From an uncultured Methanosarcinales archaeon (GTDB lineage Archaea; Nanobdellota; Nanobdellia; Woesearchaeales; JAGVZT01): a DNA stretch of 48,765 nt. The stretch lies in NCBI GenBank assembly GCA_964419615.1, contig CAYQPU010000008.1, forward strand, positions 996 to 49,760. Direction: 5' to 3'. The position numbers and the translations under genes were made by a program. Under the pieces are notes generated by a model that was given only the letters and a program-made list of their open reading frames with translations, made no database searches and was not told the DNA's origin. Shown in pieces: positions 36,582 to 46,259 of this stretch (the first letter of the stretch is position 1; every line of letters starts with the position of its first letter).

Positions 36582-37064
36582 TTGGTTATGAAAATCGGAA
36601 TTATTTCGGATTCACATGATAACATTGAAAATACAAGAAAGGCTTTGGAACAATTAAAGGAATGTGGTGTGCTTATTCACTGCGGAGATTTTTGTGCACC
36701 TTTTATGGTCGCTGAGATTGCAAAATTTGATGGTGAAGTTCATTGCTGTTTTGGTAATACTGATGATCGGTTTACATCAACAAAAGTAGCTGCAGGCAAT
36801 AAAGTTAATCTTCATGGAGATATTGGAAAAATTGGGGCTGATGCCAAGAAAATTGCATTTACTCATTTTCCCCAGTTTGGTGAAGCTTTAGCTTCAACTG
36901 GTAAATTTGATGTGGTTTTTCATGGACATAGTCATCAAAAGAGAAAAGAGAAGGTAGGGGATTGCTGGCTTGTTAATCCAGGAGAGATTATGGGCAAGGC
37001 AGGTAAACCATCATATGCAGTATATGATACACAGTCTGATGAAGTTGAGATTGTTGAGTTTTAA
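36582..37064 (+). CDS. YfcE/MJ0936-family metallophosphoesterase
   Basis: ISDSHDN, IHCGDF, FGNTD, FTH, FHGHSH, VNPG. Confidence 0.92.
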   Translation: MVMKIGIISDSHDNIENTRKALEQLKECGVLIHCGDFCAPFMVAEIAKFDGEVHCCFGNTDDRFTSTKVAAGNKVNLHGDIGKIGADAKKIAFTHFPQFGEALASTGKFDVVFHGHSHQKRKEKVGDCWLVNPGEIMGKAGKPSYAVYDTQSDEVEIVEF

Positions 37065-37121
37065 GTTTAACTGGGATCGGGTTACTATTTAATCAGACAA
37101 ATAAGTTTTATAAAGAGTTGT

Positions 37122-37709
37122 TTGTTACCTACGGTTATGAATTATATTGTTGCTTTGTGTTACAAGAATAATGGCCCAAGTATTAAAGATGCTTTGGATA
37201 CAATAAACACAATAGACAGTCTGGATCTTAATATCTCTGCTTTTGAGACAAGAGCTGATACTAGGCAATATTTAGATGTTTGTGCACATAAAATTCCCAA
37301 TACATTGGTAATGGTTCCAAAGGGAGAGTCAAATAAAATGAGGAGTGCTTATAGAAGTGATGACTTGGGTCTTTTCATTTGTTCAACAATTACTTATGAA
37401 GAAAGAGCAGAGGTTGCGAATACAAATGGAGAGGGTTTTGCCAAAGCTATTTTACCTGAATCAAGTAAACTAATTTTACATATGCAATCATCCATGTTTC
37501 CTGACTCAACATTTCCCTCAAGAGAAATACTAGAAAAAGATTATGTGGATGGAGTTTATCATTTGCCAAGAGATTTAAGATTTGAAGATACGGAAAGCGC
37601 TTCTTATCAATCATTAATGGATTTTGTTGGTATTTTTGTTGAGAATGGAAATTGCATTGATTCAGAAGATTATTTGGTTATTGTTGATTCTGTTCCAGTA
37701 AAGTCTTAA
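37122..37709 (+). CDS. Hypothetical protein
   Basis: 195-aa ORF. Confidence 0.65.
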   Translation: MLPTVMNYIVALCYKNNGPSIKDALDTINTIDSLDLNISAFETRADTRQYLDVCAHKIPNTLVMVPKGESNKMRSAYRSDDLGLFICSTITYEERAEVANTNGEGFAKAILPESSKLILHMQSSMFPDSTFPSREILEKDYVDGVYHLPRDLRFEDTESASYQSLMDFVGIFVENGNCIDSEDYLVIVDSVPVKS

Positions 37710-38127
37710 CTCTAAATGCTTCTAAACACTCAATTTTAATAATTTCTAAAACTTGATCTAACTCATCTATTGATAGCCATTTAAAGCCTTTTAGTTCTTT
37801 GTTGATTTTGAGTTCTTCTGGATTAAGAGCTTTGCATATATATTTTAGACCGCAGTGATCATGATCTCCAACTGAATGTACATTCACATAGAAGGGTATT
37901 GCTAAGTTTTGTTTGATATGGCCAGTTACTGGAAGGCTTGATTGGTTTAATATTTCAATATCTAGATTGGTTTCCTCTTTGACTTCTCTTCTTAGAGCCT
38001 GATCTGGAGTTTCATTTTCATCAATGTGTCCTCCAACTGGAAGCCACTTATCTAGTTTTGCATGATGGATAAGTAAGACTTTATCATTATGGAAGATGTA
38101 GCCTGAAACAACTAAATCGGTTTTCAT
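37678..38127 (-). CDS. NUDIX hydrolase
   Basis: Nudix box GGHIDENETPDQALRREVKEETNL. Confidence 0.93.
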   Translation of the reverse strand: MKTDLVVSGYIFHNDKVLLIHHAKLDKWLPVGGHIDENETPDQALRREVKEETNLDIEILNQSSLPVTGHIKQNLAIPFYVNVHSVGDHDHCGLKYICKALNPEELKINKELKGFKWLSIDELDQVLEIIKIECLEAFRVKTLLEQNQQ

Positions 38128-38240
38128 TTTAATTTGTTAAATTCTTCTAGTTTAAATATTTATTTTTATCTTAGCAAAACTTCCACCAATAAGAACACCT
38201 CGTGAATTGCTTAACTTGTTGCTGATCTTGTCTTTTGAGT

Positions 38241-38642
38241 TTAACTTTTTAATTTGACTTTTTGTCCGATTATAGCTTGGCTGAATCTTCCTTGGTTTGT
38301 TTCAAGCACATATTTTGCTGGATGTTCTGAATAGTAGGTTTTGCATTGATCTTGAGTGCATGGATTTGCTCTTATTATGTCCACGACTATAAAATCAGAG
38401 TTTATGAATATCATATCAAGTGGGATTAATGTGCTTTTCATCCAGAAAGTTTGGTTAGCATCTCTATTGAATATGAACAGCATTCCACAATCTTGACATA
38501 ATGACTCTCGATGCATCAAACCTTTTTGCTTTTGTATTGGAGACTTAGCAATCTCTACTTGGATGTGCTCATTATTGATTGTAATATAATTTGTGCTGCA
38601 TCCAATTAACATAATTAAAAGAAAAAAAAAGTGCTTTTTCAT
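38241..38642 (-). CDS. DUF192 family protein (lipoprotein-like N-terminus)
   Basis: LIGC lipobox-like; GLMHRESL, GMLFIF, FWMKSTLIPLDMIFI, YVLETN. Confidence 0.92.
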   Translation of the reverse strand: MKKHFFFLLIMLIGCSTNYITINNEHIQVEIAKSPIQKQKGLMHRESLCQDCGMLFIFNRDANQTFWMKSTLIPLDMIFINSDFIVVDIIRANPCTQDQCKTYYSEHPAKYVLETNQGRFSQAIIGQKVKLKS

Positions 38643-39055
38643 TTTGAATTTTTTTTTAGTTTTTTGTTAAGAAATAATTTGAAAGATATTACTATCAAAG
38701 TTAGAATTATTATAATTGGGATAATAAGAATAAACTCATTAAACTCTGTTTTTTTTGGATTATTATAGATATCATCAATATATGGTAATCCTAGTTTCTT
38801 ACAACATTCTTCTTCATTACCAACTTCAAAAACACATTCACCGTATTCAGAGATTATTACTTGATGATCACCATTTGATTCCTGACGATAAGATACCCAG
38901 CCCTCTGGTAAAGAGTTATGGGAAAATTCATCACCTGGCCAGTATGCTGTGCATTCTTCTGTTTGAGGATTAATTGCTATTCCCCATGGTGCGGGTGCTG
39001 CTAATGATATTGTTGAAAGTAAAAACAGGAACAAAATGAACACATCTTTTTTCAT
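38639..39055 (-). CDS. Hypothetical secreted protein with C-terminal TM anchor
   Basis: Signal peptide, Cys-containing domain, terminal TM and basic tail. Confidence 0.7.
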   Translation of the reverse strand: MKKDVFILFLFLLSTISLAAPAPWGIAINPQTEECTAYWPGDEFSHNSLPEGWVSYRQESNGDHQVIISEYGECVFEVGNEEECCKKLGLPYIDDIYNNPKKTEFNEFILIIPIIIILTLIVISFKLFLNKKLKKNSK

Positions 39056-39080
39056 AAAGCAATTTATAATATTGGATTAT

Positions 39081-39731
39081 TTAAATATTTCTAGATTTAT
39101 TATTGCATAAAAAGTTTTTTATTTGTTCGGCTGAATTCACAATTATATCCGCTTTTGAAAAATCCTGGTGTTTTGTTAATTCATTTGGGAATGCAATGCA
39201 TACACATCCTGCTGCGTTTGCTGATTCTACTCCAACTTGTGTGTCCTCGATAACAAGACATTCTTCAGGTTTTAGGTTTAGTTGTTTTGCTGTTATTAGA
39301 TATGGATCTGGTGCTGGTTTTCTTGTTTTACAATCTTCAGCTGTAATAACAACATCAAATGTGTTTTCCATCTTTAATCTTTTTAGTAAAACAGTTGTGG
39401 TAATTCTTGAGCCAGATGTAGTTAGAGCAAGTTTGTATTTTACTTTCAGTTCTCTAACAAGACTTATTGTTTCTTCAAACAGTTTTGTTGTTTCAAACTT
39501 TGCATAATAAAGATCTGCCTGGAGTTTTTTGTATTTATCATAAGAGAATTTATATTTTCCTAAAAAATCTTTGTGATAGTCTCCTGGATGTCTACCTACA
39601 ATTTTCTTTTTATCTTCTTCATCTATATCAATTCCTAGTTCTTTAAAAGCTTCAACTGCTGAGCTAACATTGAGAGATTCTGAATCTAGTAATACACCAT
39701 CCCTGTCAAATATTACTGCCTTTATTTGCAT
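39081..39731 (-). CDS. HAD-superfamily phosphatase (beta-PGM/CbbY-like)
   Basis: VIFDRDGVLLDSE, LTTSG, KPAPDPY, VIEDTQVG. Confidence 0.92.
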   Translation of the reverse strand: MQIKAVIFDRDGVLLDSESLNVSSAVEAFKELGIDIDEEDKKKIVGRHPGDYHKDFLGKYKFSYDKYKKLQADLYYAKFETTKLFEETISLVRELKVKYKLALTTSGSRITTTVLLKRLKMENTFDVVITAEDCKTRKPAPDPYLITAKQLNLKPEECLVIEDTQVGVESANAAGCVCIAFPNELTKHQDFSKADIIVNSAEQIKNFLCNNKSRNI

Positions 39732-39769
39732 AAAATGAGTTTATTTATCCCAGTTTAAAGGCTTTTTGG

Positions 39770-40126
39770 TTATGTTAAGTGATTATATAGAATAATCGCT
39801 GCATCCGCATAGAGAATATATTTTGCTGCTATACAAGCAACTTCACTAAGATTAAACTTCCAGTCATTATTCAAATTGTGTTTTCTACCAAATTCTCTAT
39901 GATGTTCATATACATTGTGCATAACGATGTCTCCAAGAACAGGTAATAGGTAAAAACCAAGCATTTTTTTGCCAACAACTTTAGCTATTTCTTTATTTGA
40001 TCTTGATTCAAAAGCACAATCTACATTCTCAAGAGTTTTAATAGTTAATCTTTCAACTAATGACTGTTTTGTTGGTTGTGCTATCATACAATGAGTGAAT
40101 TTGGTATAATATAAAAATAATTGCAT
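39770..40126 (-). CDS. Hypothetical protein
   Basis: 118-aa ORF; true start may be the internal MIAQP. Confidence 0.55.
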   Translation of the reverse strand: MQLFLYYTKFTHCMIAQPTKQSLVERLTIKTLENVDCAFESRSNKEIAKVVGKKMLGFYLLPVLGDIVMHNVYEHHREFGRKHNLNNDWKFNLSEVACIAAKYILYADAAIILYNHLT

Positions 40127-40136
40127 AAATACGGTC

Positions 40137-40535
40137 CTAGCCCCAATATCCTGGATCTTTTAGTTCAATACCACTGTCAACAACAGCACCATTAACAAAA
40201 GCCAGATTTACCTGATTTCTAATAATCAATATTTTATAATCATCTCCTTTGAATCTAAATGTTTTCTTTTTTGCACCAATAAAATCTAAGTGTGGAGCTA
40301 AAATTAGTTCCAATCCTTCATCTTCGAGATGGTGTGTTTGCATATCCCTGTTTTTCCATAGTGGTTCACCATCTTTGAAAACAGCAGCAACATCTGCATA
40401 TGCTAGATTTAAGTAGCCTTGACCTGGTTGACCATATTTAAAGGTTAGACAGTGTCCCCCTGGACCTTGATATTCTACTTCCTCTTTAAACTGAATTACA
40501 TAGTGTGGCTCTGCTTGAACAGGTGTATTTTTCAT
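40137..40535 (-). CDS. Hypothetical protein
   Basis: 132-aa ORF, ATG start. Confidence 0.65.
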   Translation of the reverse strand: MKNTPVQAEPHYVIQFKEEVEYQGPGGHCLTFKYGQPGQGYLNLAYADVAAVFKDGEPLWKNRDMQTHHLEDEGLELILAPHLDFIGAKKKTFRFKGDDYKILIIRNQVNLAFVNGAVVDSGIELKDPGYWG

Positions 40536-40746
40536 TTTTTCATTTTCCCTAAAATTACCTAATAATTAAAGGGAAATTGGTATAAGATAATAAGTTTTGC
40601 TGTTCTGGATTATTCTTAATAGCGAAAAATTTACTTTTTGGGATATTATTGTTAATAATATACTTAAATATTGGAATAAAAAAGATATATTACTATTTTT
40701 TAAGTATTTTATTCAAACAAATTTAATAAAATAGAGTACATCTCTT

Positions 40747-41307
40747 TTGCTTATGGTAAAAACACTATATCAATGTATTAAATGTGATAAGATTGACAGT
40801 GACAAGACACAGATGGAAGAACATGAAAAAATGGATGTAACTGGATCAGAGTTTACACCTGGAAGCATATATCAGATAGAACCTTCAGAAGAACTACTTG
40901 GAGAAGGTTTTGCTCAAGATGGGAATTTTGCAATTGTGATTAAATCTGGAAAAGTTAGAGAAACTGATCACAAAAGAGAGTATTGTTTTGATTTGTTTGA
41001 TATTAAACCAACCAGGAAATTACAGCGCTCAATGAATGAATTTAGTGGTGTTGAATTAGAAGCTTATGCTGATGACTTAATTGGTTTTGTATATCTTGGT
41101 TCACAAATAAGTGAACTTTCAGCTGCTGATTATGAAACAGTTGTTGAAGGTATTAAAAGATGGAAGAAGGGACTATTAGATGATGACCTAGATATGGATT
41201 ATGAAGAAGTTTGGAAAGAGGTTTATGGTAGTTTAGAGTTTACAAAAGGGATCATGCCCAAACAATTAGAAGAAGAATTGGGAGATACACAAGTAGATGG
41301 GATATGA
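40747..41307 (+). CDS. Hypothetical acidic protein with N-terminal CxxC..H zinc-finger-like motif
   Basis: YQCIKCDKIDSDKTQMEEHE. Confidence 0.65.
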   Translation: MLMVKTLYQCIKCDKIDSDKTQMEEHEKMDVTGSEFTPGSIYQIEPSEELLGEGFAQDGNFAIVIKSGKVRETDHKREYCFDLFDIKPTRKLQRSMNEFSGVELEAYADDLIGFVYLGSQISELSAADYETVVEGIKRWKKGLLDDDLDMDYEEVWKEVYGSLEFTKGIMPKQLEEELGDTQVDGI

Positions 41308-42008
41308 ACAAGAAGATAATTGGTGTTTTAGGATGTATGAGTCCACAAGCCACTGCGAATTTCTATAAGGAACTTATAAAACAGTGTCGAAAACAATATG
41401 GGGCTGAGTATGACAAAGATTTTCCTGAGATATTTATCTATAATTTACCAGTACCAAATATGTTTGAGAATGTAAAATATCCTGAAAAAATATTAATGAC
41501 TCTTGTTAATGGGGCAAAAAAACTAGAGTCAATTGGTGTTGATGTTATTGTTATGCCATGCAATACTGTGCACTATTTTTATAAAGATATTAAGAAAGAA
41601 GTTTCAGTACCCATTCTAAGCATTGCTAAGGAAACTGCAAAAAAACTTAAAAGTATGGGATTCAAAAGTGCAGGATTACTAGCAACTGACACAACAGTTA
41701 AAAGTCAAATTTATGATAAAGATCTTAGTGAATTAGGGATAGAATTAGTATTGCCTAAGGAACAAGAAAAGGTAATTGATATTGTTGATAATCTCTTAAC
41801 TGGATTAAAACTAAATAGAGATAAAGATGAACTAAAGCTTATTATCAAGAATCTTAGAAAAAGAAAAGCGCAAGCAATAATTCTTGGTTGTACTGACATT
41901 CCCCTTTTGCTAAAACCAGAAGATGTTGATTCAGAAGTATTTGACACAGCAAAAGTGTTAGCTGAATCTACAATTAGGTTTGCAGTAAGACCTATTATGT
42001 TTACTTAG
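41304..42008 (+). CDS. Aspartate/glutamate racemase family protein (RacX/YgeA-like)
   Basis: IIGVLGCMSPQAT, two catalytic Cys motifs MPCNTVH and ILGCTD. Confidence 0.9.
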   Translation: MNKKIIGVLGCMSPQATANFYKELIKQCRKQYGAEYDKDFPEIFIYNLPVPNMFENVKYPEKILMTLVNGAKKLESIGVDVIVMPCNTVHYFYKDIKKEVSVPILSIAKETAKKLKSMGFKSAGLLATDTTVKSQIYDKDLSELGIELVLPKEQEKVIDIVDNLLTGLKLNRDKDELKLIIKNLRKRKAQAIILGCTDIPLLLKPEDVDSEVFDTAKVLAESTIRFAVRPIMFT

Positions 42009-42342
42009 TAAATTCTTGTTGCTCTGGATACCATGCAGGAGATGTTGGTTCAGCCAGTTCAAGGTTTTCTCCAATTATACAATATTTTTTGTTTGGTTCA
42101 ATTAAATAAACATCTCCTGGTTCAAGTTTGATCTCTTTGTTGTCAAGGAGTAATGTTCCAGTGCCTTTGAGAATATAGTATATTCCTTCACAAACTGTGT
42201 TCATTGTCCAGCCTGTTTTTGGAAATTTTCCATTAATTTTCGCAATGGCAAATCCTAATCCTTTACTTGTAAGTTCATATTCAAAAATAGTTACTGCTTC
42301 TGAACGTTTTATTTCTTTTCGATCTTGTTTTTTGATTAGCAT
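42001..42342 (-). CDS. Cupin-domain protein
   Basis: CEGIYYILKGTG...LEPGDVYLIEPNKKY. Confidence 0.85.
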   Translation of the reverse strand: MLIKKQDRKEIKRSEAVTIFEYELTSKGLGFAIAKINGKFPKTGWTMNTVCEGIYYILKGTGTLLLDNKEIKLEPGDVYLIEPNKKYCIIGENLELAEPTSPAWYPEQQEFTK

Positions 42343-42504
42343 GAAAAGAAATTAAAGAAAAGAGTATATAATAGTATGCTTAAAAAATTTATAGATCATA
42401 TCCTGACATGAATTCTTGGAGGTTCTGAAGTTTTGATCTCCCTGAAAAATACACTTAGAGATAAATACTCCTGCACTTTAGAACAAGCTGCTAATGGCTT
42501 CTTT

Positions 42505-43251
42505 TTATAAAAACAATAATCTGATTGCAGCAATTATTACTACAACAATGAACAATCTTTTCACCCACTGATTTCCTTTTTTTAATACAAGATGTGTTCC
42601 TAAGTAACCTCCAACTGCACCACCTATAAAAAGTACAATACCAAATGAATAATTTATTATTCCACTTTTTGCAAATACAATTAACGAAGTTAATGATAGT
42701 ACAAACCAAGGTATTTTACCTGTTGCCATTATTTCTATTATTGTGAACCCGAAAAGATACATTATCATGTAGATTGATATTGTTCCTGTGCCAGCTCCAA
42801 AAAATCCACTGAATATGGTCAATAAAAAGTATAGTGAAAAACCAATTCCTAATTTTAGCTTACTTGTTTTTTTTCGTTTTATTCCAAGCTCAGGTTTTAG
42901 GAAAATTAATGGTAAGAGAATCAGGATTACTGTTCCAATGATTTTATTGAGTGTGTTTTGATTTAGGTTTAGTAGAATGTTTGCTCCAATCATTGCTCCA
43001 ACCATGCTTAGGATGGTAAAAAATGGAACATACTTCCACAAAACTTTTTTTTCTTTCCAAAACTTTGGTAAGGATGTTAATGTTTGACCTATACTTCCAA
43101 GTCTGTCAGTTGCTATAGCTGATGCTGGTGATAGACCCATGAAAATTAGAAATGGAACTGAGATTAATCCACCTGAGCTGATAGTTGTATCAACAAAGCC
43201 TGTTGCTATTCCAATTAGTAAAACACTAATTATAGTGATTATTTCTGGCAT
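42505..43251 (-). CDS. TauE/SafE (TSUP) family transporter
   Basis: SSGGLISVP, FSGFFGAGTGT, GGYLGTHL; about 8 TM helices. Confidence 0.9.
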   Translation of the reverse strand: MPEIITIISVLLIGIATGFVDTTISSGGLISVPFLIFMGLSPASAIATDRLGSIGQTLTSLPKFWKEKKVLWKYVPFFTILSMVGAMIGANILLNLNQNTLNKIIGTVILILLPLIFLKPELGIKRKKTSKLKLGIGFSLYFLLTIFSGFFGAGTGTISIYMIMYLFGFTIIEIMATGKIPWFVLSLTSLIVFAKSGIINYSFGIVLFIGGAVGGYLGTHLVLKKGNQWVKRLFIVVVIIAAIRLLFL

Positions 43252-43292
43252 GAGTTTCTTTGCATGTCTTTGATATTTATTTTTAGTGGTTT

Positions 43293-43712
43293 TTATTGCA
43301 GAAAAATAAAATTCTCTGCATTGTAGTGCTTCTCAACAAATTTGTCAATTGACGGTTGCCAAGCATCATCAAGAACATAAATCTTTAGTGGTGAAGGAGT
43401 TGCTGGATCTCTAAATGCTTCAACAGCTAAGGATTCAATTTTCCTATGCCATATGTCTTTGAGAATATTAAAATTATCTGGATGTCTTAATAAGAAATCC
43501 CCAAAACTACCAATCATATCTCTTCGTAAATGTGCACCACAATATTTTTGTTCTGCATCACTCCCACCTAAGGTTATGTACGGAAAACCTGTTAAAGGTG
43601 GCTCTTCATATATGAATTCAAATTCTTTACCTTTTAGACTACTTGTATCAAGATCTGCTTGCCAGTATTTGTAAAATCCAAAGGCAAATGTGTCTTTTCT
43701 GTGAATTTCCAT
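43293..43712 (-). CDS. Hypothetical protein
   Basis: 139-aa ORF, ATG start. Confidence 0.65.
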   Translation of the reverse strand: MEIHRKDTFAFGFYKYWQADLDTSSLKGKEFEFIYEEPPLTGFPYITLGGSDAEQKYCGAHLRRDMIGSFGDFLLRHPDNFNILKDIWHRKIESLAVEAFRDPATPSPLKIYVLDDAWQPSIDKFVEKHYNAENFIFLQ

Positions 43713-43790
43713 ACTAAGTGGAGTTGTTTGTTAATTAATATATATTTTGTCAGAATTTGCCTATTTGGAGATATATTTTAATAGGAGATT

Positions 43791-44216
43791 ATGTTTCCCT
43801 GCATAGTGGTACTAATGAATGGAAATATTAAGTATAGAAAGTTTGATCGTGAGGATATTGGGATGTTAATCAAGTGGCAATTGTATTGAGAGCCAAATAT
43901 ACCTACTCTTGCTATGGTTTGCCTAGGTGCAGGTAAGAACAAATTAGAAGTAATAATTGTTGATGAGAGTAAGGGAGGCAACACAGATTTACTAATTGGG
44001 AGTCCTGAAGTAGGTAGTTATTGGATAGTTGATTATCATGATTGTTTTGAAGTTTTGGATGGATTGGGTATTTCTGAGATAAATGAAGCAGAGTTGCCTT
44101 TTTATATAGATCAATTACTTGAATTTGAGGATGTGTTTACCACAGCGGGTTATCCTCTACCAGGAGATATTTTAGATCTTAAAGTACCTCCATTAAAGCA
44201 ATTATCAAGAGAATAA
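43791..44216 (+). pseudogene. Hypothetical gene (141 codons) interrupted by in-frame TGA at 43887-43889
   Basis: AGGAG SD plus ATG 43791 in frame with track ORF 43914-44216; the only stop between them is TGA at codon 33. Confidence 0.55.
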
Positions 44217-44299
44217 TTAATACAAAGTACTTTGTATCACAAAGTTTAAATACTAATTCTATTTTCTATACTGATATTAGATATTAATGGAGGTTTAAG

Positions 44300-44890
44300 A
44301 TGATTAATCTTAAGAAAATTGAGAAAGATTCATTTGCAGCTTTCCATCATGAACATGGATTGTTTGACATATTACTGGGTTTGGTGTTTTTATGGGTATC
44401 TTTGGGTATTTTGTTTGATTTTGATACAGGACCAGTGCTGATTATTGTGATTTTGGCAATTAGTATTGCTGTTAAAAAACACGTGATTCTACCAAGGATT
44501 GGTCATGTTAAGTTTGGCAAAAAAAGAGAGAAGAGCATGGCGCATGTTATAATGCTGCTGTCATTTTCTGTTCTAATGGGGACTGGCATTTTAGCCTTAT
44601 CTAAACTTGATATTATTTCGGGGAAGGTTCATATTGGTGCAATAATTTTTCCAATTAATATCCTCGTTGTTTTTGGTTTGATGGCTTGGTTTTTGGATTA
44701 TAACAGATTATATTGGTATGCAATGCTTTTATCAGGTAGTGTTGCTGGATTTGAAATAACAAAAGCTGTCCTTGGGATTAATACTGGTGCTTATTACATA
44801 GTTGGAGCTTCATTAATAATCAAATTGATTGGGATAAAGTGTTTTATGAAATTTCTGAAAAAGTATCCCTTACCTAAACAAGGTGCTTAA
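44300..44890 (+). CDS. Multi-pass membrane protein
   Basis: About 6 TM helices, GGAGG SD; coupled to the downstream regulator. Confidence 0.8.
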   Translation: MINLKKIEKDSFAAFHHEHGLFDILLGLVFLWVSLGILFDFDTGPVLIIVILAISIAVKKHVILPRIGHVKFGKKREKSMAHVIMLLSFSVLMGTGILALSKLDIISGKVHIGAIIFPINILVVFGLMAWFLDYNRLYWYAMLLSGSVAGFEITKAVLGINTGAYYIVGASLIIKLIGIKCFMKFLKKYPLPKQGA

Positions 44891-45174
44891 TGATAGACAA
44901 AATTATTCACGAGCCAGCTAGATTTAAGATCATGGCTCATCTTTATATTGTAGAGAGTGCGGATTTTCTTTTTATCAAAACTCAGACTGAGCTGACTTTT
45001 GGTAATTTGTCAAGTCACATTAAGAAACTGGAAAAGGCAGGTTATGTTAGAGTGAAGAAAGATTTTGTAGACAATAAACCTCACACCATGCTTGAGTTAA
45101 CCAAAAAGGGGAGAGATGCTTTTGATGAGTATAGAAAAGAGATGAAAGAAGTATTAGATAATTTACCAGTGTAG
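44890..45174 (+). CDS. Winged-helix transcriptional regulator (MarR/ArsR-like)
   Basis: IHEPARFKIM, LTFGNLSSHIKKLEKAGYV, LTKKGRDAF. Confidence 0.9.
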   Translation: MIDKIIHEPARFKIMAHLYIVESADFLFIKTQTELTFGNLSSHIKKLEKAGYVRVKKDFVDNKPHTMLELTKKGRDAFDEYRKEMKEVLDNLPV

Positions 45175-45211
45175 TTAAATCAGAAAATTAATATAAGTTT
45201 GTTCATTACCT

Positions 45212-45430
45212 ATGACTATGGAAGAAAACATAGGCCAGTTTTTATTCTGTTTGTCCTTGGGTATTACTTATGGAAGTGCTGCTCATATTATGATTGAGTG
45301 TACTCTTCCTTGGGTTGGTGAGTATTGTGATTATGCACAAAATATGGCATTAAATTATTTTAATTTATCTGATAAGGAAATGGAAAAGTACACATTCCAA
45401 GAAGCTAGTTCAGGAATTCTTTATGAGTAA
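45212..45430 (+). CDS. Small hypothetical protein
   Basis: 72-aa ORF, no recognisable motif. Confidence 0.4.
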   Translation: MTMEENIGQFLFCLSLGITYGSAAHIMIECTLPWVGEYCDYAQNMALNYFNLSDKEMEKYTFQEASSGILYE

Positions 45431-45581
45431 AAATTAAAATAAAAAATTTTTGTTTAGCTCTTTATTGAACTTTTCCATATTTATGTATTTTATATTTTGG
45501 TTTTTTTAATGCAAAAGACTTATAACTAAATTCATTTTTTATTTTATTATGAAAATCATTTCAAAGAAAGATAGCATTTTT

Positions 45582-45926
45582 TCAGCAAGACCTGATTGCA
45601 CTATTTGGATATGCTAATGAACAAGCAATAAATGGCGCATCATCAATATCAATATCTTTAATGATTTCAACAGATTTATCTTTATATGGTTCTAAAACAT
45701 CATTTGGAACAATAACTACTTTTCTAAGAATAAGATGTAAAAGTTTTTTGAAATCATCTTTTGATAGTTTTGTTTTTGTATAAAGCTCATCAATATGTTC
45801 ATGCATTTCTTCAAAAATATAAGATGGAAATAGAAAGAAATCACCATATTCTAAAATTATACTTCTTGTTTTAGCATCTCTAATTAACGCTGAAAAAAGT
45901 ACATTTGAATCAATAATTATTTTCAT
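45582..45926 (-). CDS. PIN-domain (VapC-like) toxin, apparently C-terminally truncated
   Basis: IIIDSNVLFSAL, FEEM, DIDDAPFIACSL; ends at AIRSC without the usual WSxD segment. Confidence 0.82.
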   Translation of the reverse strand: MKIIIDSNVLFSALIRDAKTRSIILEYGDFFLFPSYIFEEMHEHIDELYTKTKLSKDDFKKLLHLILRKVVIVPNDVLEPYKDKSVEIIKDIDIDDAPFIACSLAYPNSAIRSC

Positions 45927-46153
45927 GCAAGAAACCTTTTAGCGGCTGAACTTTTTATTTTTTTGCTAAATTCTTCTACATCTTTTTGTGTTAATTCACT
46001 TTTACTTGCAAGTTTTTCAGCTAATTTTAAGGTTTCTAATTTTTGAATTATTGCTTTTCTAGCTACTTCACTCCATTTTACTTCTGAAAATAGTTTCATT
46101 TCTTTTGATATTTGGTCTGGCATTGATAATGTCATATTGGTCATTTTAATCAC
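45923..46153 (-). CDS. Ribbon-helix-helix antitoxin (VapB-like)
   Basis: TNMTLSMPDQI...EVKWSEVARKAI; 4-nt overlap upstream of the PIN gene. Confidence 0.8.
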   Translation of the reverse strand: MIKMTNMTLSMPDQISKEMKLFSEVKWSEVARKAIIQKLETLKLAEKLASKSELTQKDVEEFSKKIKSSAAKRFLA

Positions 46154-46259
46154 CTAACACATATATAAGTGTTAACACATATTTAAATGTTTTGATTTTA
46201 TATGTCATTATTGTTTAGTAGTGTCAAAATAGAAAAATTTAAATACTCTATTCTATTCT

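Noticed and set aside
38155-38235. Minus-strand fragment GVLIGGSFAK resembling a nucleotidyltransferase/CCA-enzyme motif
   Set aside because: No start codon and fewer than 30 codons; similarity too short to support
42376-42510. Third possible TGA-interrupted micro-ORF (MLKKFIDHILT*ILGGSEV..., 44 codons)
   Set aside because: Short, no motif or SD support; an in-frame TGA in such an ORF is expected by chance in AT-rich DNA
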